Made by a program: the position numbers and the translations under genes. From a virus (taxonomy: Duplodnaviria > Caudoviricetes), in the IMG/VR virus record IMGVR_UViG_3300020045_011032, positions 1 through 24,415 of that record: a DNA stretch of 24,415 bases, one strand, 5' to 3'. The notes under the pieces are model-generated. The model made no database searches. It saw only the letters and a list, made by a program, of their open reading frames with translations, and was not told where the DNA came from. Shown in pieces: positions 1 through 7,946 of the stretch (its first letter is position 1; each line of letters starts with the position of its first letter).

Positions 1-1
1 T

Positions 2-88
2 TTTGAATTTGCTGTTTTTGTTGGATTAATAAAAATTGATAGTGGCGGAGAAGATTGTCAGCATTATATTTTCAACGCTCCTACATAA
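2..88 (+). CDS. 3' end of a gene truncated by the window edge (...GGEDCQHYIFNAPT*)
   Basis: Frame open from position 2 to TAA at 86-88; hand translated. Confidence 0.45.
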   Translation, partial: FEFAVFVGLIKIDSGGEDCQHYIFNAPT

Positions 89-137
89 GCTATCGTTCTA
101 ACTACTTAATAACATCAATTCAATAAATTGCACCAAT

Positions 138-383
138 ATGTCAACACCAGTAAACACAACGGAAAAAGGAAGTATATTATGTAAATTTTTACATGATAAA
201 ATGCAACTAGGTGATTATACAAATGATGATTTAGTGTAAATTATTGAACTAGCTGGAATGTTTTTAAACTTGAAAACTATTCCAAAATATCAGGAAGACA
301 ATAAAATGTCCTATAATGGTGTTAAAAAGCACCGTGAAATAAGAGAACTATTTAATGTTAAATTTGTAATTGATAACGAATAA
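138..383 (+). pseudogene. 81-codon phage gene interrupted by an in-frame TAA at 237-239
   Basis: MSTPVNTTEKG...NDDLV*IIELAGMFLNLKTIPKYQEDNKMSYNGVKKHREIRELFNVKFVIDNE*; frame continues protein-like up to the next gene. Confidence 0.6.
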
Positions 384-395
384 ATATAAATAATA

Positions 396-827
396 ATGGA
401 AAAATGGAAAATAGAAGTTAAGCGATTAGATGAAATTCGTTTAAAGTTGGGATTGTCTTATTATCAGATTGAGAAGTCAACTGGAATAAACAGAAGTAAA
501 ATAGGTCGTTTTTTTAATTGCGATAATGAGCCTGGACTTGGATTTTACATTGAAGTAAAAGACTTTTTGGAATCGCAAGTTGAGGTAAACAAAAAAGAGG
601 AGGTTTCTGAAATTAGAAATGTATTAAAAACTGCAAGAAGTACTATTAGAAAAATTGTTCCAAAAGTAGAATTTATTGATGATATTGAGCAAGTAAAAAC
701 ACCTATTCCAAAATATAAAGAGGATTATCAATTTCAAAATGATTGCGAATGCAAATTAGACGACAAAGGTTTGTTGCGTAGAGGAAAAATCAAGTGTACA
801 AAAAGAAAAGAGGAACATAAATTTTAG
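396..827 (+). CDS. XRE/Cro-like HTH DNA-binding protein
   Basis: N-terminal LDEIRLKLGLSYYQIEKSTGINRSKIGRFFN..EPGL fits the XRE HTH pattern; Cys-containing C-terminus. Confidence 0.7.
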   Translation: MEKWKIEVKRLDEIRLKLGLSYYQIEKSTGINRSKIGRFFNCDNEPGLGFYIEVKDFLESQVEVNKKEEVSEIRNVLKTARSTIRKIVPKVEFIDDIEQVKTPIPKYKEDYQFQNDCECKLDDKGLLRRGKIKCTKRKEEHKF

Positions 828-831
828 TATT

Positions 832-1065
832 ATGACCCCAAAAGAAGAAGCGAAAGAAATCTTTGATAGTTTTGAACAACATTGTCAATGGATTGAAAAT
901 AATGGAAAGCCTTGTGTAGAATCACAAAAGGAATGTGCTTTGGTTTGTGTTGAAAAAATAAGAGAGATTTATGTTAAGCTAACTCCAAAAGATGATGCTT
1001 ATTGTTTTTTAATGCAATTGGAACATTATGAAGAAGTGGTAAAAGAAATAGAAAATCTATGTTAA
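832..1065 (+). CDS. Hypothetical phage protein
   Basis: 77-aa ORF (MTPKEEAKE...), tightly packed, A-rich start. Confidence 0.7.
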   Translation: MTPKEEAKEIFDSFEQHCQWIENNGKPCVESQKECALVCVEKIREIYVKLTPKDDAYCFLMQLEHYEEVVKEIENLC

Positions 1066-1093
1066 AAGATATAATTTTAGAAAACGATAATTT

Positions 1094-1261
1094 ATGAAAA
1101 AACCATATTTAGATTCAGAAGCTCGTTGGCATATAATAAATAACACTTTATTTGGAAATATGATTTACTCAAATTTTTTATTGTTGAAGCAGTATATTTT
1201 ATTACTTAAAATATTGCGAATAGAAAATATTTTAAATTGGTTGAATAAAAAATTATGCTAA
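1094..1261 (+). CDS. Small hypothetical protein (55 aa), overlaps the terL start
   Basis: Hand translation MKKPYLDSEARWHIINNTLFG...LNWLNKKLC*; fills the gap between 1065 and 1255. Confidence 0.55.
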   Translation: MKKPYLDSEARWHIINNTLFGNMIYSNFLLLKQYILLLKILRIENILNWLNKKLC

Positions 1262-3294
1262 ATAAAATATTTCTACAAAACATAAAAGAAATCCAAGAAG
1301 CTATTTTCAGTTTCAATCCAATAAAACTTGAACCAAGCGAATGGGTTGAGCAAACTGTTTATTTGACTTCTGCGGAATCTAGGTATGCAGGATTTTTTAG
1401 TTATGACCGTTCTCCTTACTCAAAAGAAATATTAGATAATTTAAGTCCTTCATCTGATGTGGAAATGCAAGGAATTATGAAATGTGTTCAATCTGGATTT
1501 ACAGCAGGTGTTGTTGTGAATATTATTGCCTACATAATGTCGCAAAATCCTTCACAAGTAATTTTTGTTTCGGGTTCAGACCAACTTGTAAGAGATACGA
1601 TTCGAGATAGACTTGATCCCGTTATTCAAAATTCTGGAAATCTTAAAGATTTGATAAGACCAAATTCATTAAAAAAAGCAAATCATAGAACGGGAGATAC
1701 TGACATAAAAAAAGAATTTGTTGGTGGAGCTTTGACTTGTTTAACTTATAAACCTTCAAAATTACGTCAGTATTCAGCAAAAATAGTGTTAGCTGATGAA
1801 TTTGATGATGCTCCAAGAAACAACTTATTAGAAGGCTCAATTCGTATGCTTTTGCAAGGTCGTACAGTTTCTTTTGGAAATTCTAAAAAACTTTGCTATA
1901 TTTCTTCTCCAACAACTAAAGGAGTTTCTAACATTGAGGAGGTTTACGAAATGGGAGATAAGCGTAAATGGAATTGGATTTGTCCTCATTGTAACGAATA
2001 TATTCCAATTTTATGGAGGATTGAACGTGAGAACGGAACTCATGGAGGGATTAAATGGGAACTTGATGCAGATGATAAATTAATTGAGGAATCGGTACAT
2101 TATGAGTGCCAAAAGTGTTGCGGTAAAATTGAGTACAAGCAAAAAGCAAAACTTAATCTAACAGGAAAATGGATTCCGACAGCAGTTCCTTTACGACCAC
2201 AATACAGAAGTTATAGTTTCAATGCTATTTGTATTCCAAGTGGTTTTGATGATTGGGTTACTTTGGTTAACGAATGGATATTGGCTTGTCCTAAAAACGA
2301 GCCAATTGATATTGGATTATTAAAAACATTTACTAATACACGTTTGGGAGAGCTTTGGGAGGATAGAGGTACAACACCAAGAGCAATTGGACTTATGAAC
2401 AACGTAGGTTCTTACGAAATTGGCAAAATACCTGACGTTACTTGTGAAACTGATGGAAACGGTAAAATAGCATTAATTTCACTTTGTTGCGATTTAGCAG
2501 GTATAATGGATATGCCAAATAAAATAGAAGATGTTAGGATAGATTGGGAAATAGTTGCACATACTTCTAACGGACAAACTTATTCTATAAATCACGGCAG
2601 TATTGGAACATTCAAAAGAAGCCGTTGGAGAAACAAGCAGGATAGAGAAAAGGAATCTGATAGAGAAATGTGGACTTTCAATCATGGATTACCAAATTCA
2701 GTTTGGAATAAGTTTAAGGAAATAATCTATAATTCTTTGGAAGGAGAAAGCGGAATGTTCTACGATATTGACATTACTTTAGTTGATACAGGAAACTTTA
2801 CCAAATTGGCTTATAATTTTATTACAAGTATAAAAGATAGACGTATTTTTGGTATAAAAGGAGATACCGTAGAAAAACCAAGAGCAAATGACAAAAATAG
2901 TCCCGTAATAAGTCATTCAAGAGAAAATAAAGGACTTTTATATATTTTGGATGTAAATATGCTTAAAGAACAAGTTGCTGCCAATATGGCTTTAATTCAA
3001 GGTTCTGATGGAACACAACCGAGTGGTTTTATGAATTTTCCACAACCTTCAGATGGTCAATATAACTTGAAAAACTTCTTTTCTCACTACGAAAGTGAGG
3101 TTAGAGTGCCTGTATTTAAAAATGGAGTTGAAATAGGTTATGGTTGGAAGAAAAAACGTGAGGACAATCACTTTTGGGACGTAAGGGTGTACGGAGAGGC
3201 TTCAAAGGAAATATTTATAGCTGATTTAAAGCTTCAAGACCCAAAAAACAGAAACCTTACTTGGAATTTATTTTGCGATTTAATTAATGATTAA
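1255..3294 (+). CDS. terL: Terminase large subunit, lambda GpA family
   Basis: 679 aa; GpA-type Walker A region MKCVQSGFT, Walker B IVLADEFD, ISSPT motif, CPHC/CQKC zinc pair, FTNTRLGELW, LVDTG and C-terminal NHFWDVRVY nuclease motif. Confidence 0.93.
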   Translation: MLNKIFLQNIKEIQEAIFSFNPIKLEPSEWVEQTVYLTSAESRYAGFFSYDRSPYSKEILDNLSPSSDVEMQGIMKCVQSGFTAGVVVNIIAYIMSQNPSQVIFVSGSDQLVRDTIRDRLDPVIQNSGNLKDLIRPNSLKKANHRTGDTDIKKEFVGGALTCLTYKPSKLRQYSAKIVLADEFDDAPRNNLLEGSIRMLLQGRTVSFGNSKKLCYISSPTTKGVSNIEEVYEMGDKRKWNWICPHCNEYIPILWRIERENGTHGGIKWELDADDKLIEESVHYECQKCCGKIEYKQKAKLNLTGKWIPTAVPLRPQYRSYSFNAICIPSGFDDWVTLVNEWILACPKNEPIDIGLLKTFTNTRLGELWEDRGTTPRAIGLMNNVGSYEIGKIPDVTCETDGNGKIALISLCCDLAGIMDMPNKIEDVRIDWEIVAHTSNGQTYSINHGSIGTFKRSRWRNKQDREKESDREMWTFNHGLPNSVWNKFKEIIYNSLEGESGMFYDIDITLVDTGNFTKLAYNFITSIKDRRIFGIKGDTVEKPRANDKNSPVISHSRENKGLLYILDVNMLKEQVAANMALIQGSDGTQPSGFMNFPQPSDGQYNLKNFFSHYESEVRVPVFKNGVEIGYGWKKKREDNHFWDVRVYGEASKEIFIADLKLQDPKNRNLTWNLFCDLIND

Positions 3295-3316
3295 TAACTA
3301 AAAAACAATAAAAATT

Positions 3317-3751
3317 ATGTTTGGAATTACAAAAAAAAGAGGAAATTATAATGATGCAATTAGCACTTTTGTAGCTATACCTCCACCACCAAGAAAAGAA
3401 TTTGTTACAATCAGAAATTTAGTAGATAATATTGAAAATTATGATAATCGTTCAGAATTTGAAGTTAGAAATAATTCTATTGATAGTTTAATTCAGTATT
3501 TAGAAAAATATAAATCTATTGTTCCAAAAAAAAGTAATTTTAACAAAACGGAAGAAATTTATCAAAACTTAAAAGATAAATTAACGTCAGAAAAAACAAT
3601 AAACAGACAACCACATACTTTTTGTGAAACGCCAGAAGTAAAATGCACAATGAATTATTGCAATGAAAATGGTTGTCAAAATAGAAAACGAGAAATTGTT
3701 GATGAATGTCTGCTTCCTAATTTTCCACCAGACAAACCAACTAAATGTTAA
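3317..3751 (+). CDS. Hypothetical protein with Pro tract and Cys-rich C-terminus
   Basis: 144-aa ORF; PPPPR; HTFCETPEVKCTMNYCNENGC. Confidence 0.65.
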   Translation: MFGITKKRGNYNDAISTFVAIPPPPRKEFVTIRNLVDNIENYDNRSEFEVRNNSIDSLIQYLEKYKSIVPKKSNFNKTEEIYQNLKDKLTSEKTINRQPHTFCETPEVKCTMNYCNENGCQNRKREIVDECLLPNFPPDKPTKC

Positions 3752-3754
3752 GCT

Positions 3755-3820
3755 ATGAAAACACCATATTACAAACTATGCTACAGAAAGTGGATTTTGG
3801 TAGGATATATAACTGAATAA
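3755..3820 (+). CDS. Possible 21-aa micro-ORF (MKTPYYKLCYRKWILVGYITE)
   Basis: Exactly fills the gap between neighbours with 3-nt and 2-nt spacing. Confidence 0.4.
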   Translation: MKTPYYKLCYRKWILVGYITE

Positions 3821-3822
3821 AA

Positions 3823-4053
3823 ATGAAATGCTATTATACAATTGATCCAAAAACTAAAAATAAAGTATTTATACCAATGTGCTATGGAACTATTCATAGT
3901 TTAGACAAGGATGATTGTTGTTGTGAAAATCCATTAACTGAATATCATTTTGAAAAAGAACGTTTCAATAAAATAGTTAAACAAAAAAATGATACTATTT
4001 TAGCAATGGAATCTGAATTAAGCCGATTGAGAAAAATTCTCAAAATAAATTAA
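3823..4053 (+). CDS. Hypothetical protein, Cys cluster and C-terminal coiled coil
   Basis: 76-aa ORF; FIPMCYG...DDCCC. Confidence 0.65.
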   Translation: MKCYYTIDPKTKNKVFIPMCYGTIHSLDKDDCCCENPLTEYHFEKERFNKIVKQKNDTILAMESELSRLRKILKIN

Positions 4054-4125
4054 TTGTTAAAAACAACAAAAAAAATCACTACGTTTGTAATCACTTATTC
4101 ATGTTGTTTTTTTTGTTTTCTGATG

Positions 4126-4159
4126 AAAAGCTATTCGATTTATTTCGAGTAGCTTTTTT
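4126..4159 (+). terminator. Intrinsic terminator after the terminase unit
   Basis: AAAAGCTATTCGA-tttat-TTCGAGTAGCTTTTTT hairpin with T tract. Confidence 0.8.
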
Positions 4160-4174
4160 ATTCAAATAAATTTC

Positions 4175-4182
4175 TATATTTG
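4175..4182 (+). promoter_or_regulatory. Bacteroidota -7 promoter element for the structural/lysis operon
   Basis: TATATTTG matches TAnnTTTG, directly after a terminator; -33 element not clear. Confidence 0.6.
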
Positions 4183-4227
4183 TAAAGAATTTAAAGTCAA
4201 TGTTGTGATAACATCGAATAAAAATAT

Positions 4228-4274
4228 AGATAAAGGAATACTTGCTTTAGGGTAGGTGTTCCTTTATTTGTTTT
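4228..4274 (+). terminator. Long leader hairpin, possible attenuator, upstream of the gpW-like gene
   Basis: ATAAAGGAATACTTGCT-ttag-GGTAGGTGTTCCTTTAT, 17 bp with four G-U pairs, followed by TTGTTTT. Confidence 0.6.
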
Positions 4275-4292
4275 AAGCTAAAGCGAAAAGAT

Positions 4293-4586
4293 ATGAATGC
4301 AGAATTTACAACAGTATCAGCTTATTTTGAATGCAAATCTAAATTAATTGGTAAAATAGCTACCTATGATTTATTGATTGAATCAATGGAGAAAACTTTA
4401 CTGACAGGTATTGAATCAGGTCACTTACTTCAATGGGAGCTTGATGACGGACAAATGAAAGTTAGAAGTCAGTATCGAAATGTAAATGATTTATCTAAAG
4501 CAATGCAAGGCTTAATTAAATTACGTCAATATTACATAAACAAAGCCAACGGAAGCTCTTTAAGGTTAGTTGGAGGAAAATTTTAA
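4293..4586 (+). CDS. Head-tail joining / head completion protein (gpW-like position)
   Basis: 97 aa, immediately upstream of a lambda-type portal; helix - beta hairpin (WELDDGQMKVRSQY) - helix layout. Confidence 0.6.
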   Translation: MNAEFTTVSAYFECKSKLIGKIATYDLLIESMEKTLLTGIESGHLLQWELDDGQMKVRSQYRNVNDLSKAMQGLIKLRQYYINKANGSSLRLVGGKF

Positions 4587-4595
4587 AAAAACAAG

Positions 4596-6233
4596 ATGGG
4601 AATATTAAGTATTTTAGGATTAAAAAAAATATCCAAAGAAGAAAGTTTAGAAACGTTTCAGCCAAAAAGCAGTACAGCGTATCAAAACAATGACTTTACT
4701 TATGGACCAAGTTATCCAATTATAAGTAAAGATTGGGACGGAGAAAAGAATCTTGGAGAGCTTGGAGTTATCATTAAAAATATTCCAGACTACAAGAAAT
4801 TAAGATTGCGTTCTTATTATGCTTATTCAAGTATAGACACTTTCAAAACTATAGCTTCAAAGTATTTTTATTGGAAAATTGGTTCTGGATTAAAGTTACA
4901 AGCAGAGCCAAATTTAACTGTATTAGAATCTGAAGATATAAACATAACCGATCAACAATCGGCTGAACTTCAAAAAGTAATTGAAGCAAGATTTATGATT
5001 TGGGCGAACTCAAATCAGTCCGATTATCTTAAACAAAAAAACCTACACCAATTAGCAAGTGATTTTGATAAAGGTGCTTTTCTTGGAGGGGATAATCTAT
5101 TGATTGCACGTTTTGATGATAGTGGTCCAACTATTCAATTTGTATCAGGAGAATTTGTTGAGAATCCAGGAATCGATAATAAATATTTTGCAGAAGCAGA
5201 AGCAAAAAAGAATACTATTCAACATGGAATAGAGATTGATGTAAATGGAAAACATATTGCTTATTTTGTTAGAATTAAAAAGAATAATGATTTTGACAAA
5301 TACGAAAGAATACCTGCTTATGGCGCAAATTCTGGTAAAAAATTAGCTTGGTTAGTTTCTGGTAAAAAAGTTAGTCCAGACCATTTGAGAGCAGTTCCAG
5401 AAATGTCGCAATCACTTGAAAAGATTAACAAGCTTGACAGATATGTTGAGGCTGCTGTTACTAAAGCAGAGCAAGGAGCAAATGTTGTTTACTCTATTGA
5501 ACATGAAGATTATTCAGATGGTAGTAGTCCTTTGCAAGATGAGGTTAATAAAAAGAAAGGAATAATTGTAAGTCCGCAATTAGATGATGAACAACAAAGA
5601 GTTTTGGCAGATGGTTTAGCGAATAAAATTTCACAACAAACATCTGGAAAAGCCTATAATATGACACAAGGCGCAAAGCTAAAGTCATTTAAATCAAGTA
5701 TTGAAACAAATTTTGCTGATTTTCATTCAACTGTATTCAATGGAATTAGTGCAGGTGCAAATGTTCCTCCAGAAGTAGCAATGCAAAGTTTCAATTCTAA
5801 TTATTCAGCATCGAGAGCAGCAATCAATAGTTTTGGATATTTCATTACAGTTGATAGACAAACTTTGGCGGAACAATTTTACATTCCTATTTATAAATTG
5901 TGGTTGGAGTTTCAGATTTTGAACAAAAAGATTATTGCTCCAGGCTATATTGAAAATATAAATAATCCAATGGTAACAGAGGCTTATACACAATGTAGAT
6001 TTTTAGGAAAAGATATGCCACATATCGATCCGTTAAAAGAAGCAAAAGCAATTGAGTTGATGTTAGCTTTAAAATTAATTTCACACGAACAAGCTACTGA
6101 AAACTTAGGTCAAGGAAGTTGGGATGAAAACTTTAAGAAATGGCAAATGGAGGACAAATTAATGCCTAAAGAAGAAGTTGTGAAACCTACTTTGCCTACT
6201 AAAAAATCAAATAGTAATTCTGTAAAAAAATAG
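4596..6233 (+). CDS. Portal protein, lambda family
   Basis: 545 aa; IGSGLKLQ, HGIEIDVNGKHIAY, SNYSASRAA and MPHIDPLKEAKA motifs typical of lambda gpB-like portals. Confidence 0.92.
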   Translation: MGILSILGLKKISKEESLETFQPKSSTAYQNNDFTYGPSYPIISKDWDGEKNLGELGVIIKNIPDYKKLRLRSYYAYSSIDTFKTIASKYFYWKIGSGLKLQAEPNLTVLESEDINITDQQSAELQKVIEARFMIWANSNQSDYLKQKNLHQLASDFDKGAFLGGDNLLIARFDDSGPTIQFVSGEFVENPGIDNKYFAEAEAKKNTIQHGIEIDVNGKHIAYFVRIKKNNDFDKYERIPAYGANSGKKLAWLVSGKKVSPDHLRAVPEMSQSLEKINKLDRYVEAAVTKAEQGANVVYSIEHEDYSDGSSPLQDEVNKKKGIIVSPQLDDEQQRVLADGLANKISQQTSGKAYNMTQGAKLKSFKSSIETNFADFHSTVFNGISAGANVPPEVAMQSFNSNYSASRAAINSFGYFITVDRQTLAEQFYIPIYKLWLEFQILNKKIIAPGYIENINNPMVTEAYTQCRFLGKDMPHIDPLKEAKAIELMLALKLISHEQATENLGQGSWDENFKKWQMEDKLMPKEEVVKPTLPTKKSNSNSVKK

Positions 6234-6236
6234 ATT

Positions 6237-6581
6237 ATGAGTTGTTTGAAAACATGGGATATGAATTGCGTAAAAAAAGGCGATACAAGAAAATCCAATT
6301 TGATTACATTGCCTTATGATATTACAGGAATGACTTTTTTGATGCAATTTAGAAAAGCAGAAATAGGTACAAATAACAATCCTGTAGCTTTTGAGTGGTC
6401 AACTGCTGATGGTTCTTTTGTGATTTCTGACGCTTTAAATGGAAAGTTATTGATGAATAAAAAAGTAATTCAAGCAGAACAAGGATTGTATGTTTCAGAT
6501 TTTCAGCAAACAAAAGCAAATGGAGATATTGAAACTTTGTATGATGCAAAAATTAAAATAATCGAAGATATTTCAAGATAA
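6237..6581 (+). CDS. BppU N-terminal-like (baseplate/fibre attachment) virion protein
   Basis: KKGDT, YDITG.TFLMQFR, YVSDFQ pattern; beta-rich 114 aa upstream of a fibre gene. Confidence 0.6.
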   Translation: MSCLKTWDMNCVKKGDTRKSNLITLPYDITGMTFLMQFRKAEIGTNNNPVAFEWSTADGSFVISDALNGKLLMNKKVIQAEQGLYVSDFQQTKANGDIETLYDAKIKIIEDISR

Positions 6582-7942
6582 TGAATATAATCATAGAAGA
6601 AATAGTAAGTGAATTTCCTGTTTTAATCACAGAAGAAGTTGTGCAGATAAAAATATCTGATGCAACTTCTTATTTCGATTTAATAGAGGTTTCTGATGTT
6701 GATTTTGAAGGCAAAAATGGTTATATTCCAACAGTAAATGAATCTACAAAAAAAATAGAATTGCAACCGAAAGATGGAAGTAGTTTTAGTGGAAGTTATA
6801 ATGATTTAACTGATGTACCGCAAGATATAGTTCACGATTCTGATTATATACATACTGACAACAATTATACGGATTCCGATAAACAAAAAGTTCAAGATAT
6901 TGATAATTTAATATCAAATGTAAACACAAATTCAACAACAAAAATAACTGTTAAATTATCAGAAGGTGTAAATAAAGGTCAAGCGGTTTATATTTCAGAA
7001 GCAAATGGAACAAATATAATTGTTTCAAAAGCTTCAAATAATTCAGAATCTACATCAAGTAAAACATTAGGGTTATTAGAAACAACAGGAGTAACAAACG
7101 CAATAGTAAATGTAGTAACTAAAGGTTTTTTAACAGGGCTAAATACTAATTCAGCAACTATAGGTGATGCTGTTTGGTTAGGTACAAACGGTAATTTAAT
7201 ATTTGGATTATCAAGCAAACCAGTTGCGCCAGCTCATTTAGTTTATATTGGAGTTGTATCAAGAGTTCACACTATAAACGGAGAAATACTTGTTAGTATT
7301 CAGAATGGTTTTGAAATGAACGAAATACACGATTTTAGTGATGTTAATTATACTACACCAATAGATACAGATAGTTTAATGGTTAAAGATGTAAGTACTA
7401 ATTTATGGAAAAGATTAACTTTTGCTAATTTAAAAGTATTTCTTAATAATATATATGCTTCAAAATCATTATCAGCTTATTCTTTAAGAGTAAATAATAC
7501 TAATGCTGTAGCTAATGCATCGGAAGTTACTTTTAAATCAGTAGATCCAATAGATTACACAGAAACACCAACTTTTACATTTACAGGAACACAACCAACT
7601 AATTTAACAGAAGCAAAAATCAGCTTCCAACAAATAAATAAAGTAGTTACTATTTCTTTCAATATGTATTATACAACTCAAGGTAATTCTGTTACACAAG
7701 TTGTATTACCACTTCCTGCTACTTTTCCAGTGCCTTATGTAATGAGTACGTTGGATGTTAATTCAGGTAAAATCGCAGTTGGAAAAGGTTTATTATCTTC
7801 TGATAAAACAACTGTAGTAGGTACTTACAATATTTGTTTTTTACGTAAAAATTCAGCGGGTACAGGTTACGAAATAGTATTAATGCAAGCTACTGGAAAC
7901 GTTAGACAAATACAATTTAATTTAACATATCAAACCATTTAA
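6581..7942 (+). CDS. Tail fibre / receptor-binding-like structural protein
   Basis: 453 aa, Thr/Ser/Asn-rich; SGSYNDLTDVP and HTDNNYT motifs, central KGQAVYI...KTLGLL module, beta-rich C-terminal domain. Confidence 0.65.
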   Translation: MNIIIEEIVSEFPVLITEEVVQIKISDATSYFDLIEVSDVDFEGKNGYIPTVNESTKKIELQPKDGSSFSGSYNDLTDVPQDIVHDSDYIHTDNNYTDSDKQKVQDIDNLISNVNTNSTTKITVKLSEGVNKGQAVYISEANGTNIIVSKASNNSESTSSKTLGLLETTGVTNAIVNVVTKGFLTGLNTNSATIGDAVWLGTNGNLIFGLSSKPVAPAHLVYIGVVSRVHTINGEILVSIQNGFEMNEIHDFSDVNYTTPIDTDSLMVKDVSTNLWKRLTFANLKVFLNNIYASKSLSAYSLRVNNTNAVANASEVTFKSVDPIDYTETPTFTFTGTQPTNLTEAKISFQQINKVVTISFNMYYTTQGNSVTQVVLPLPATFPVPYVMSTLDVNSGKIAVGKGLLSSDKTTVVGTYNICFLRKNSAGTGYEIVLMQATGNVRQIQFNLTYQTI

Positions 7943-7946
7943 AACC

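Noticed and set aside
4120-4160. CTGATGA followed by a hairpin, resembling a hammerhead ribozyme core
   Set aside because: No GAAA after the stem and no stems I and III; better explained as an intrinsic terminator.
6231-6239. Portal stop TAG in frame with the next ATG (also at 16341-16358), suggesting readthrough fusions
   Set aside because: In-frame spacing occurs one time in three by chance, both downstream genes have normal ATTATG start contexts, and no readthrough signal is evident.
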